A stretch of DNA of 64,000 bases, taken from positions 1-64,000 of IMG/VR virus record IMGVR_UViG_3300047557_002430; one strand, 5' to 3'. Position 1 is the first letter of the stretch. The number at the start of each line of letters is the position of its first letter. Source of the DNA: a virus. The translations under genes were made by a program, and so were the position numbers. Under the pieces are notes generated by a model. It saw only the letters and a program-made list of their open reading frames with translations. It had not been told where the DNA came from and made no database searches. Positions 26,236-35,980 of this stretch are shown in pieces.

Positions 26236-27408
26236 TCAGTTCAGGAGATCTTTTACAGCGTGAGAAAAACCGGCAGCTACGTTTTCCCAGCGATATTCAT
26301 TTCGCTGCGTGACTGCGTAGCAAGAATCAGCGACTTCGTTGTAAACCTCTTTGTTGTGGTAAAGCTCATTTAGGTTTTCTACAGCATGGTCTACGTTAAT
26401 AAGACCCCGCTCCACCCCAAGATCTTTATCGACAACCCACGTGGCGATATCGGTCAGAAGTGCTGCTTCCTCCCAGATGTCGGCGCAGGCGGTGTGATTC
26501 GGGACTACCTGAGGTTTGCGGCAGCTTGCGTGTTCAAACGAAACCAGACCCCAACCTTCGCCATCTGCGGTGTTGATGCCAACGTCACAGGAGTTATAAA
26601 TCCTGTTGAGCATTTCGTCGGAAGGCGCATCCAAGTAATTAAGTTCTGTAGAGGTAAGCACCAAACGTTTTACAGGGTCTAGGCCATACTTCTGCATTTC
26701 CCTGTTAAACAGAGGAATCACATCCCACCCCATGTCCTTCGCCCCCATATGGAGGTAAAGCATGGTCTCTGGTTTATCTACAGCGAATTTGGCGAAGGCT
26801 TGGATCGTCAGATCGATCCTCTTTCTCGGTTGATTTCGGTTTGCATTCAGAACGATAAATTTATCGTTCGGCAATCCGAGAGCTGCTCTGGCTTCTTCCT
26901 TAGGCATCGGCGTAAATTTACCGACATCAACCCCGTGGGGAAGAACACCTAAACGTTCGGCTTTGACACCGTGCTTTAAAATGCGGTGAGCGCAGTTAAT
27001 CGTAAAGGTGATTGCCATATCCCAATGAGGGATATTGCGCAACATGTCAGAAAAATACGCTTCGCTATCAATTGGAAAGTAACAAACAAATTTAAACTTA
27101 AGCTCATCTTTCATGAACTGGATGCGCTCCCAAACTTGGTTGCAAATCCAGATATCCTGAAGGCAGATAAAAACGTCGGGTCTTACTTTCTGTAGGATCT
27201 CAGGAAGCCTGGGGATCCCAAAACGATCTCCGCAATGCACGTTAGTTGCGGGATACACAGTAAACGGGTAGTCGTGCGGGTCTCCCGAATAATTCAGCCC
27301 CAGCACGTGGACTTCATGTTCCTTAGCTAAATGAGCTAGTACACTATGTGTTACCCGAGCGAACCCAGTATTACAACACGCATCACCGTACCAAAGAATT
27401 TTTGCCAT
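26236..27408 (-). CDS. GT-B (GT4-like) glycosyltransferase
   Basis: TGFARV, PHGVD, NRNQPRKRID, EGWGLVSFEHAS (Ex7E). Confidence 0.9.
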   Translation of the reverse strand: MAKILWYGDACCNTGFARVTHSVLAHLAKEHEVHVLGLNYSGDPHDYPFTVYPATNVHCGDRFGIPRLPEILQKVRPDVFICLQDIWICNQVWERIQFMKDELKFKFVCYFPIDSEAYFSDMLRNIPHWDMAITFTINCAHRILKHGVKAERLGVLPHGVDVGKFTPMPKEEARAALGLPNDKFIVLNANRNQPRKRIDLTIQAFAKFAVDKPETMLYLHMGAKDMGWDVIPLFNREMQKYGLDPVKRLVLTSTELNYLDAPSDEMLNRIYNSCDVGINTADGEGWGLVSFEHASCRKPQVVPNHTACADIWEEAALLTDIATWVVDKDLGVERGLINVDHAVENLNELYHNKEVYNEVADSCYAVTQRNEYRWENVAAGFSHAVKDLLN

Positions 27409-27461
27409 TCTTAATTGGCATTGAAGTACAGTTAATATAGCGGTACTGTCAACTTACTGAT

Positions 27462-28982
27462 ATGCCAAGTCGGGAAACGTTTGCGTATCGGCGGGCAGCT
27501 CAGATGCGGGCGCTACGCGCAACAGAGGATACGTCAAATACAGTTGACACTATTTATTCTAAAGCCGCTAACGACTTCCATACGTTCTGTACGCTTCTGG
27601 ATAAGCCTCCAGCAAAGCACATGTTGGAGTGGCACCAGCACCTAATTACAGGGGAATCGAACAAATACCTTTTAGATATCGCAGGGCAGAATCTCTCCAT
27701 CCTGGCGCCGCGCGGCTCAGCAAAGTCCACAGTCCTTAACCTCTTTACCGCGTGGGTTATTGGCCGCCACACGACAGCTAAGCGCCCTTTACAGATTATT
27801 TACGTCTCTTACAACATCGCAACGGCTATTCCGAAGAGCAGAATTATCCGTCAGATCATCGATTCTCCTGAATTTAAAAAAGTTTTTCCGAAAGTTCAGC
27901 TAAGAGCAGGGATGCAGTCGGATATTGGTTGGTCGATTGATTTTGAATATGCAGGTATCCCTCGGATTGGTGACGAAGAATTTACTTTACGAGCTGCTGG
28001 TCTACGAGGTTCGATTACGTCTAAACGTGCGCATCTCGTAATCGTGGATGACCCAATAAAATCGAGCGCGGATATTAAAAATCCGGCGATTCGGGAGGAG
28101 ATGAACAATAACTGGTCGTCTGTTATCGCTCCGATTATCTTCGAGGGCGGCCGAGCGCTCTGTTTGGGCACTCGATTCCACCCTCTCGACATCCATAAAA
28201 CGATGTTTGTGCCCGAAAAAGGGTGGAAGCAGGTTACGCAAGAGGCTATTACGTATAGCAACATGGGCGAACCGGTCAGTTATTGGCCCGAACAATGGTC
28301 TGCAGAGTATTTGTTGGGTCAAAAAGAGCTAGATCCTGTTGCTTTTGCCTTCCAGTATCAGCAACAGCCCGTTATGACGTCAGATTTAGTGGTTTCACCT
28401 GATTTATTGGTGAAAGGGGAAGTTGTAACCGAGTTCGATTCCCTCGCCGTGGGAATAGATCTCTCTGCAAGCAAAAATGAGACCAGTGATTACACAGCTT
28501 TTGTGTTAGGAGGGCGTTTAAAAGATAAATACTACATAATTGACGCGCATCAGTGCCGTTCGATCGGAAATTTAGAGAAAATTGATCTCTTGTGCGACAT
28601 GTTACTGGAATGGGGCATCCTTACGCAGCACGACGGTGTATTTTTACCCACATATTCGACTATTACGCTCGTTGTAGAGTCTGTCGCGTATCAAGCGTCT
28701 CTTGCGGCGGACTTAAAACGCGTTCTGATCAATGAACGTGAGCTGGGTAACCTTCATATTCATGAAGTTAAAGGTTTTAGAGGGGACAAGATCGCCCGGT
28801 TCCGTGGAACTTTAGGATTGCTAGAAAACAAGAAAATTACGTTCAATAAATACCGTAAATTCGACGCTTTGTTCGATCAGTTGATCAACGTCGGCGCCAC
28901 GGCTCACGATGACCTGCTGGACGCCTACACCTGGCTAATCCAGTTTTTACAAAGACGTGGTGAATTTTCGATTGAATACTGA
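27462..28982 (+). CDS. terL: terminase large subunit
   Basis: Walker A APRGSAKST, Walker B VIVDDP, GTRFH, YQQQP, nuclease GIDLS...DYTA...HDDLLDA. Confidence 0.95.
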   Translation: MPSRETFAYRRAAQMRALRATEDTSNTVDTIYSKAANDFHTFCTLLDKPPAKHMLEWHQHLITGESNKYLLDIAGQNLSILAPRGSAKSTVLNLFTAWVIGRHTTAKRPLQIIYVSYNIATAIPKSRIIRQIIDSPEFKKVFPKVQLRAGMQSDIGWSIDFEYAGIPRIGDEEFTLRAAGLRGSITSKRAHLVIVDDPIKSSADIKNPAIREEMNNNWSSVIAPIIFEGGRALCLGTRFHPLDIHKTMFVPEKGWKQVTQEAITYSNMGEPVSYWPEQWSAEYLLGQKELDPVAFAFQYQQQPVMTSDLVVSPDLLVKGEVVTEFDSLAVGIDLSASKNETSDYTAFVLGGRLKDKYYIIDAHQCRSIGNLEKIDLLCDMLLEWGILTQHDGVFLPTYSTITLVVESVAYQASLAADLKRVLINERELGNLHIHEVKGFRGDKIARFRGTLGLLENKKITFNKYRKFDALFDQLINVGATAHDDLLDAYTWLIQFLQRRGEFSIEY

Positions 28983-29040
28983 TTAACTCGCTTTCAGCGT
29001 CATAGATTGTTCCTGTTCTCTCGGCGGTGCCGAGCTAAAA

Positions 29041-29913
29041 ATGTCTAAGAAAATCTGGGTCGCCATCACAGCACACAATCCTTTGGCGCGTTTAAACCCG
29101 CTTATTAATGTTCTAACTGAGTACCAAAAATATCCTCATGACGTTCACATTAATGTGTACGTTAATTATGAGGCTCAAGAGGACGTGCCAACACTAGAGG
29201 CGGTGTTGGAACCCTTTAGCGATCTGAACGTTCAGATAAAAGTAGCTTCGCCTGACTATAAAGGTTGGTTTCTCACGTGGGCGCATAAAACAGACTTAGC
29301 ACTCGCAATCCTTAATCGCGAAGCAGACTATTACGTCTATCAAGAAAATGATGTCCTGATTCGTAAGGATAACTTTGATTATTACGTTAAGTGGAAGCCT
29401 GCTCTTAATCGTTACGGCTTGGAGCCTGGATTTGCTCTTTATGAAAGTTTCGAAGGTAAACGAGTACCAATCGGTAACTATGAAAAATGGAGCCTAACCA
29501 AGGAGACACCTAAGGTTTGGCACGACTTTGGTTTTATGGTTCCAAAAATCCTCGTGGTTGATTATGAGGTTGACTTCTTTATCCAGTTGGGTAGCCCGTA
29601 TTACTGCGGCATGATCTTGGATCAATTAGACGGAGAGCAGTATATTCGGTCTGACAGTTTTGACCCAGAAAAGAGTTATGTAAAAACTGGAATTAGGAAC
29701 TGGCCTATTGCTGATCGCAGCTCCATGGGCTTGGCCTTTGAAGATCTTCCCCACGGGTATGAGCACAGGCGTTGTGTTCCGGTCTATAAAAACAAAACCC
29801 AGTATCAAATCCTTGAGTGTGGCCTAATTCGGCACGACGACGATAAATACTCTAAAAACCTAAAAGAGAGACACAACAAATTATTATGTGTTGAGGAGAT
29901 GCTCGTCGTGTGA
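29041..29913 (+). CDS. putative GT-A glycosyltransferase
   Basis: N-terminal beta-strand (IWVAITAH), LTWAHK, YYVYQENDVLI (DxD-like). Confidence 0.55.
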   Translation: MSKKIWVAITAHNPLARLNPLINVLTEYQKYPHDVHINVYVNYEAQEDVPTLEAVLEPFSDLNVQIKVASPDYKGWFLTWAHKTDLALAILNREADYYVYQENDVLIRKDNFDYYVKWKPALNRYGLEPGFALYESFEGKRVPIGNYEKWSLTKETPKVWHDFGFMVPKILVVDYEVDFFIQLGSPYYCGMILDQLDGEQYIRSDSFDPEKSYVKTGIRNWPIADRSSMGLAFEDLPHGYEHRRCVPVYKNKTQYQILECGLIRHDDDKYSKNLKERHNKLLCVEEMLVV

Positions 29914-29919
29914 TTTAAA

Positions 29920-30072
29920 GTGCGGCATAGTGGGGCTGAATACGTCCACATTTGTTACTTCTACTTAGGGAAACATGAGTGCCAAACCCTTCCACGAAGC
30001 GACGCCTACCGATTACGACGATTTTTGGAACGATGCAATGGAACGATCTTCTGGTTCAATCCTGCAGGCTGA
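29920..30072 (+). CDS. hypothetical 50-aa protein
   Basis: GTG 6 nt after the upstream stop; VRHSGAEYVHICY...IFWFNPAG. Confidence 0.4.
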   Translation: MRHSGAEYVHICYFYLGKHECQTLPRSDAYRLRRFLERCNGTIFWFNPAG

Positions 30073-30277
30073 TAAAGCGGTTAGACCAGATTACTACAAA
30101 CGTAATGGTTTAGAATGTTATGACGTTCAGCGAGCTTCTATGGGGCTCGTAAAATATCAGGGCTATCTTGAAGGATGTGCCCAGAAATACCTGTGGCGTT
30201 GGGAACAGAAAAACGGGAAACAGGATCTGCAAAAAGCGGTCGAATATTTGAGTAAACTTATAGAAACACTCGATTGA
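29975..30277 (+). CDS. DUF3310 (SaV-like) protein
   Basis: V.PDYY...ECYD...KYLWRW..KNG.QDLQKA.EYL. Confidence 0.85.
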   Translation: MSAKPFHEATPTDYDDFWNDAMERSSGSILQADKAVRPDYYKRNGLECYDVQRASMGLVKYQGYLEGCAQKYLWRWEQKNGKQDLQKAVEYLSKLIETLD

Positions 30278-30278
30278 T

Positions 30279-30566
30279 ATGGACGTAAGAGCTTTTGGCG
30301 GTTCGTTTTATCCGTATAGCGCCAACCTTCCTTATACGAGTGGGTTTTTAGTCACTGCCAGCGGGCAGTCCACAAATTTCCCTGCTTGCCGTGCTGTTTA
30401 TATTGATGACGGAAACAGCAACCAGAATCTTCAAGTAATTTTGACGGATGCTCCCGGTACTCCGATTACCATCCGTAAGGTAACAGCAAACGCTCTCATT
30501 CCGATTTCAATCACAACCATCAGTGGTGCCGAAACAACCGTGGAAAAAGTTGTGGTGCTCTACTGA
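30279..30566 (+). CDS. small beta-rich structural protein (spike base/decoration-like)
   Basis: CRAVYI...LQVIL.D...IPISI...T....VVVLY. Confidence 0.65.
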   Translation: MDVRAFGGSFYPYSANLPYTSGFLVTASGQSTNFPACRAVYIDDGNSNQNLQVILTDAPGTPITIRKVTANALIPISITTISGAETTVEKVVVLY

Positions 30567-30796
30567 TGGCCGAAATCGCTAAAAAAAGAGATCCGCAAAA
30601 GTGGGCTCGGGCTAAGGCTAAGGCCCGTGCCAAACTCGGCGGCCATAGTGCACGGGCGATGCAGCTTGCGACTAAGTATTATAAAGAAATGGGAGGACGT
30701 TACGAAGGTAAAAAGTCCTCTGAAAATCGCCTTTCGCGGTGGTCTAAAGAAGACTGGCAGACACGAGAGGAGTACGAAAAATCTAAGGAAGACTGA
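30566..30796 (+). CDS. basic protein, N-terminal half of a DUF5872-like family
   Basis: HSARAMQLATKYYKEMGGRY...LSRWSKEDWQT. Confidence 0.7.
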   Translation: MAEIAKKRDPQKWARAKAKARAKLGGHSARAMQLATKYYKEMGGRYEGKKSSENRLSRWSKEDWQTREEYEKSKED

Positions 30797-31008
30797 TGGC
30801 TTACACAACGACTGACCTGTTAACCGCTCTCGGCGGCAAAAAAACTTTTTCTACCGAGGTTCTGCCAGAATCCAAGGATTTTGAGGCTTACTTAATAGGT
30901 TCAGATTACTCTTCGATTATGAAATCTCTTTTGGATAGAACTAAGGATGCCCTTCTTTTAAAAGCCTATGCTGATCGGAAACTTATAGACCCCTCTGCGA
31001 GTATGTAA
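30796..31008 (+). CDS. hypothetical protein
   Basis: Coupled on both sides. Confidence 0.6.
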   Translation: MAYTTTDLLTALGGKKTFSTEVLPESKDFEAYLIGSDYSSIMKSLLDRTKDALLLKAYADRKLIDPSASM

Positions 31009-31009
31009 T

Positions 31010-31225
31010 ATGTCGGACTTAGCTAGGGAAAAGGGTCGGACTGAGCGGTATTTACCCCGAGCAGCTTGGGCAGCACTTTCTGCCGAAGAACGTCGCGCAA
31101 CTGACGAAAAAAAGAAGGCCGCCACACGCGGGGATAAACCTGTGAATACTAGAGTACCTAATACCAATAAAGCTAGAGAAGCTCGTAAAAAGGCTTCCGA
31201 GTACATCAAGCGTAAAGCTCAATGA
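31010..31225 (+). CDS. basic protein, C-terminal half of a DUF5872-like family
   Basis: TERYLPRAAWAALSAEERRATDEKKK. Confidence 0.7.
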   Translation: MSDLAREKGRTERYLPRAAWAALSAEERRATDEKKKAATRGDKPVNTRVPNTNKAREARKKASEYIKRKAQ

Positions 31226-31548
31226 TTAATCCGCAGAGCCCTTTCGGTCAAGCAAGCCAGTTTTTTGGTTCTGCTTTCAATGACATGAAACAAGCGTCGG
31301 AGTTTCAGGAACGTGTTCAGGGCTCTAACAGCCCTAAAAATTTATATTCGGAAGAATATGACCGTTCTCATATGTACGGGTCTGTGCCTCCGCGAACTTC
31401 TGCGTATAGCCCGGATCAAACGAGTGTCAGTAGTGTCGAGTCACTGAAAGAAGAACTCCTATCGACCGCTCGCGCTCAACAGCGTTCCTCGAACGGAAGT
31501 ATCGCAGTGCGGGCAGGCGGTGGTATTAATACTGCCATTCGACGCTAA
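31222..31548 (+). CDS. hypothetical Ser/Gln-rich protein
   Basis: ATGA coupling. Confidence 0.6.
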   Translation: MINPQSPFGQASQFFGSAFNDMKQASEFQERVQGSNSPKNLYSEEYDRSHMYGSVPPRTSAYSPDQTSVSSVESLKEELLSTARAQQRSSNGSIAVRAGGGINTAIRR

Positions 31549-31573
31549 TATACTGACAGTCGCGTGACTGTTT

Positions 31574-32416
31574 GTGCTGTTCGACTGCTTTTTATATTTC
31601 GACGAGAAGGAACTTCTTGAACTTCGCTACGAGTTGTTAAAAGACGTTGTAGACGGTTTTATTATCACAGACGGAAACAGGACGTTTAGAGGAGACCCTA
31701 AACCTTTTACCTGCGTAGATACAATCAGGGAGTTAGGTTTACCTGAGGATAAGATTCAGGTTCTACACGTTGAACTTCCCACGCCGGAAGAGTGCTCAAT
31801 CCCGTGGTCGCGGGAATATGCGCAGAGGGATGCCTTAGGGGTCGGTATGCGTATGTGTCCTCCGGACTCCGTGTTCTTTTTTAGTGATGTTGACGAGATT
31901 CCCAAACCAGAAAAACTTTTAGAAGCTGTCGAAGTAGCTAAACAGGATCCTTCGCGCTGTGTGCGACTTTCTATGCCTATGTTCTATGGGCGCGCGGATT
32001 TGCGAGTTAAGGATCCGAACGGAGATGACTCGAAAGCCCCAAATAATTGGACATGTGGGACGATCGTTTTATATGAGCATCTCGATCGCACACCCTCTCA
32101 GATTCGTATGAACCCTAACGATATCGTCTTAGGGAACTGTGACGCAGGGTGGCATTTCTCGTGGATGGGAGACTCATCCCGTATGAAACGTAAGGTGACT
32201 TCGTTTTCTCATTGTTTCGATGACATCCCTAACTCAGTCGCACCGGCTTACAGCGAGGAAATGTTGGATCATTTAGACAACTATAAAGCACAAGCTGGTA
32301 ATACAGACCCATTGGGACGTACGGATCATATTTTAGAGCTTTATCCGCATGACCTTTTACCGCCAGAATTGTTTAAACTTGAGAGAGTACGCAAGTATTT
32401 GCTTCCCGATGGCTAG
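31574..32416 (+). CDS. GT17-like (MGAT3-type GlcNAc transferase) glycosyltransferase
   Basis: DCFLYFDE..LLELR, TFRG.PKP, RE.AQR, SDVDEIP, AGWHFSW. Confidence 0.88.
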   Translation: MLFDCFLYFDEKELLELRYELLKDVVDGFIITDGNRTFRGDPKPFTCVDTIRELGLPEDKIQVLHVELPTPEECSIPWSREYAQRDALGVGMRMCPPDSVFFFSDVDEIPKPEKLLEAVEVAKQDPSRCVRLSMPMFYGRADLRVKDPNGDDSKAPNNWTCGTIVLYEHLDRTPSQIRMNPNDIVLGNCDAGWHFSWMGDSSRMKRKVTSFSHCFDDIPNSVAPAYSEEMLDHLDNYKAQAGNTDPLGRTDHILELYPHDLLPPELFKLERVRKYLLPDG

Positions 32417-32582
32417 TTCCATGCCCGAAGGGCTTCGCAAGCACATGGAATCGAAAGAAGAGCGTGGCGAACACGGTAAAAAAGACGACGAAAAGTCAGA
32501 AATGAAGCGTCGCGAAGCTCTTCGTAAGGCCAAAAAAGCTAAGACTAAGCGTCACGCCGAAAAAGAAGCCGAAAAGCGTTGA
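32409..32582 (+). CDS. small highly charged protein
   Basis: MASSMPEGLRKHM...ALRKAKKAK. Confidence 0.6.
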   Translation: MASSMPEGLRKHMESKEERGEHGKKDDEKSEMKRREALRKAKKAKTKRHAEKEAEKR

Positions 32583-32613
32583 TTTTGGCTTAAAAAACCT
32601 GTATTAATAGGTC

Positions 32614-34848
32614 ATGGCAGATACTCTGGGCATCCGACAGCGCTTTAGCGAGATCCTTGAGGCTTCTCGTACGCAGGATCGGAGTAAACAATCTGCCACG
32701 ATGGTGGTTCTTAGTCATTTGCAGCAGATGACGCTGCTTATGATTAAGAAGGGCTTGTTTTTCTACTGTGAGCAGGACACTTACAAAGCCCGCACAAAAT
32801 TCTTAGGATCTTTAATTACTCTAAATCGTCTGGACATCCGTTTTCCAGCGATTATTCGTAATTTCCTGATCGATGGGTGCGGGCTTTTTTATTTTCGTCC
32901 TGACCCAAAGCTCAAATATCAGATTTATTTCTTTCCTAAGAGTCAGTACCGCGTATATCACGATATAAACGGCAACATCGATGAAGTTGTAATCCTTTAC
33001 AGCTATAAAGTTCGTAACTCTACGCTGGGTTTGCCTGCTGAGACCTACGGGCAGAACAAGCGGTACGTTCGAATTTCTATAACAGAAGAGCGTATTAACG
33101 AGTTCGAGTCCAACAGTGAACTCAGCTTTGAATTAGAACCCGGCACAATTCTTACACCTAAGAACAGCCGCAAAAACGAACTTGGGTTTATTCCCGCTGT
33201 AGAGGTTTTAAACAAACCCAACAGCAGCGGTACTGAGGGAGAAGGAGAGTTTGAACCGTTCATGGAGCAGATAGTGCTTCATGACAACATGATTAAAAAT
33301 ATCGCGAAGAATATTGAGTTCTTTGGCAATCCCACGCTGATTAGTTCTCGGCCTCGTTCCGATCTGGTCGAGGCTTCTGATTCGGATCGCACATTCCGCC
33401 CTACAATCAGCAGCCAAAGCGGTTTTGCTGGTCGCGATACACCTTCGACTCGCGTTTCTGAGCCTTTTGGCTCTTCCGCAATGATTGGTGGTTTGCGCGT
33501 TCCGCGCATTATCGCCAACGTTGAGCCTTCGGATCGTGTGGGTTACATGACCCCCGATCCGGTTAACGGGGACATGAACCGTTATGCCCTTCTACTGCGT
33601 GAAGAAATTCGCACGGCATTAGGGGGTGTTGACGAAATTTCTATTTCTGCTGGCGCTACCGCCACGGAAATTAAGGGTTTGATGGGTCGTGCACAAGCGA
33701 CCGCTCTTCGAAAAAATAAGAGTTTCCTTACATACGGCTTCTGCCGTTTGCTGGAGATGATTATTTATCATCAAGAGCAAATTTTCCGCGAAAGTTTTAT
33801 TCAAGTTATGGGGATGGAGCCCCCTAAACCTCCTAAAGAACAAACGGAAGAAGCTCAAGAGCGTTACCAAAAACGTCTCGCTAAATACGAACGTGATGTT
33901 GACGCCGCAATGCAAGTGGCGTTGCAACAAAATAAAGTGCCGAGTGGTGTTTACGGACTTCCCCCGGATGGTGATCGTGAAGTCACCTACCGATTCCAGG
34001 GCGATGTTTATGAGGACACTGCTTACGACATCAACCAAAAATCTATCGTTGTTCGAAACCTTCAGGAACTAGGTGTGGACAGCGTGGAAGCGCTTAAATA
34101 CCTCTTCCCTGATAAAACTGATTCCGAACGTGCAGAAATGTTGAAGGGATTTCCCTTCCGAATGATTCAACAAACGCAGGGCGCTTTTCAGCAATTTCTA
34201 TTATTATTGAATCAGATGTTGCAAGCGCCACATCCACTTGCGCCGAATCAACCCCTAGCGGCTGACCCTCGGCTAAACATAACGCCCTTGCTTTATAGGA
34301 CGTTTGACCACCTTGCGCAAGAACTGACTTACTCGGGCAGCTATGAGCCAGCAGATCCAAGCTTCGATCCCGAGCCCGGTCTCCCCGGCGGTAGCGGCCC
34401 CGCAGGCAGCGCCTTCGGTAGACCAGGGTTCAACAGCCTACCCGCAGTGGGTAGCAACTACCCAGGCGGCACCTTCGGCAGCTATGCCCCAAGCGCCGTC
34501 GCCGGTAACACCGGTTACGGTCCCTTCTACCAACAACCAGTACAGCCAGTCTCCGTCAACGTCCTCCCCGTCCAACCCGTGGGAAGCGGCGATGGGCAGC
34601 CTGGAGCGGGTGGTTTCGCGTCTCTCCCCGTCCCCCAGCCAGACAGCATCGTATCCGCAGTACCTGACGGCGCCGCAGGATACTCAACTTTACAGTCAGA
34701 GTTCACAGGCCCAACCGTATCTGTACCAAGCCCCTACGGCTCAGCCGATCTCGTACAGCAACGGATCTACAACCCAGACTTCTTATCCGATTTCTACGGA
34801 GCAACAGCAGCTCCCGCAGCTAAGCCCCGAAACCGCCGCCGTCGTTAA
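32614..34848 (+). CDS. portal protein with a long low-complexity C-terminal extension
   Basis: Size and position between TerL and the capsid gene; helical body with GFIPAVEV and SAGATATEIK segments. Confidence 0.8.
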   Translation: MADTLGIRQRFSEILEASRTQDRSKQSATMVVLSHLQQMTLLMIKKGLFFYCEQDTYKARTKFLGSLITLNRLDIRFPAIIRNFLIDGCGLFYFRPDPKLKYQIYFFPKSQYRVYHDINGNIDEVVILYSYKVRNSTLGLPAETYGQNKRYVRISITEERINEFESNSELSFELEPGTILTPKNSRKNELGFIPAVEVLNKPNSSGTEGEGEFEPFMEQIVLHDNMIKNIAKNIEFFGNPTLISSRPRSDLVEASDSDRTFRPTISSQSGFAGRDTPSTRVSEPFGSSAMIGGLRVPRIIANVEPSDRVGYMTPDPVNGDMNRYALLLREEIRTALGGVDEISISAGATATEIKGLMGRAQATALRKNKSFLTYGFCRLLEMIIYHQEQIFRESFIQVMGMEPPKPPKEQTEEAQERYQKRLAKYERDVDAAMQVALQQNKVPSGVYGLPPDGDREVTYRFQGDVYEDTAYDINQKSIVVRNLQELGVDSVEALKYLFPDKTDSERAEMLKGFPFRMIQQTQGAFQQFLLLLNQMLQAPHPLAPNQPLAADPRLNITPLLYRTFDHLAQELTYSGSYEPADPSFDPEPGLPGGSGPAGSAFGRPGFNSLPAVGSNYPGGTFGSYAPSAVAGNTGYGPFYQQPVQPVSVNVLPVQPVGSGDGQPGAGGFASLPVPQPDSIVSAVPDGAAGYSTLQSEFTGPTVSVPSPYGSADLVQQRIYNPDFLSDFYGATAAPAAKPRNRRRR

Positions 34849-35254
34849 TCACTTCGGTGTTGAAGCTCCTGGCATCCTGAATCAGTATGCCACCGTGCTT
34901 GAGGATGCTCTGATCCAACAGCACCAAGTTCTGGAGCAAACCGCTGCTCGCGGTATGGTTATGGAACAGATCCTGACGGATCCTGATCAACTCGCCGATT
35001 ACACCAATCGGTTCTTTACCGAGGTTTACCCCGTGGACGCCGACGGCGAAACTCAGGGCTATCAGCCTCGTTATGATCAGCTTCCCGCTGTTCCTGCTTC
35101 TGCTTTAGCTGGCGCTCCTAGCGTTGACACTGACACTCAGTGGCAAGGTTTCAGCGAAGCTATGAACAAGAGCCCTGATCAGGCTTGGCGTTACCTGGCT
35201 CAGATGAGCCCCGATGCCTTCCGCGGCAAACTGCTGTTCATGGATTCGAACTGA
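34343..35254 (+). CDS. putative capsid scaffolding protein
   Basis: P/Q/S-rich N-terminal half and acidic helical C-terminal half; followed by a terminator; overlaps the portal by 506 nt. Confidence 0.7.
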   Translation: MSQQIQASIPSPVSPAVAAPQAAPSVDQGSTAYPQWVATTQAAPSAAMPQAPSPVTPVTVPSTNNQYSQSPSTSSPSNPWEAAMGSLERVVSRLSPSPSQTASYPQYLTAPQDTQLYSQSSQAQPYLYQAPTAQPISYSNGSTTQTSYPISTEQQQLPQLSPETAAVVNHFGVEAPGILNQYATVLEDALIQQHQVLEQTAARGMVMEQILTDPDQLADYTNRFFTEVYPVDADGETQGYQPRYDQLPAVPASALAGAPSVDTDTQWQGFSEAMNKSPDQAWRYLAQMSPDAFRGKLLFMDSN

Positions 35255-35277
35255 AGCAGTAAAACCTGAGTAAGCTG

Positions 35278-35309
35278 AGACCCCGTTAACGTGTAGCGGG
35301 GTCTTTTTT
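35278..35309 (+). terminator. rho-independent terminator
   Basis: AGACCCCGTTA/TAGCGGGGTCT stem plus T-run. Confidence 0.85.
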
Positions 35310-35312
35310 ATT

Positions 35313-35978
35313 ATGTGTGCTCGCCACGTCATCCAAGGTTCTTTTAGTTCATTAGATGACGACCCAGCAACGCAATCTTTTACAGATTACGAATTAGTCG
35401 CTGAGGCGATCAAGTTTGCAGCAAGTGAACCTATACTCCCTGACTTTGAGTTTGCGAATGTATTTCCTGGCGAACATTATCGAATATTATCTGGTCTTTT
35501 AAAGGTATTAAAACCTGCGTTTTTAATCGATATCGGAACCTACCGTGGGTGCTCAGCACGAGTCATGTTGGACTCCACCGGTAGTTATTCAACGGTGTAC
35601 ACTTATGACCTTTATGATTACTTATCGTTTGATTGGACTGTTTTAAAAGAACAAGATTTTGCTTCTGGCAGATTACAGCAACATTTAGTTAATTTAATTA
35701 ACCCTGATATTTTTGAGCAGCATAAAGTGTTGTTAAATAGAGCAGATTTTATTATGTTAGACGGACCTAAAGACGATCACTTTGAAAAAACTTTATTACA
35801 TATGATGCAGACAGTTGAGTTTAGTGATAAACCGCGCTGGTTGTTCATTGACGATATTCGGTTCACAAACATGCAAGACCTGTGGCGCTCAATCAAATCT
35901 CCCAAACTAGACCTAAGCAGCTTCGGGCATTTTTCTGGGACGGGAATAGTTAACATACAAAAAGGTCTTCTGATTTAG
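35313..35978 (+). CDS. class I SAM-dependent O-methyltransferase
   Basis: IDIGTYRGCSA, DFIMLDGPKD, FIDDI. Confidence 0.85.
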   Translation: MCARHVIQGSFSSLDDDPATQSFTDYELVAEAIKFAASEPILPDFEFANVFPGEHYRILSGLLKVLKPAFLIDIGTYRGCSARVMLDSTGSYSTVYTYDLYDYLSFDWTVLKEQDFASGRLQQHLVNLINPDIFEQHKVLLNRADFIMLDGPKDDHFEKTLLHMMQTVEFSDKPRWLFIDDIRFTNMQDLWRSIKSPKLDLSSFGHFSGTGIVNIQKGLLI

Positions 35979-35980
35979 AG

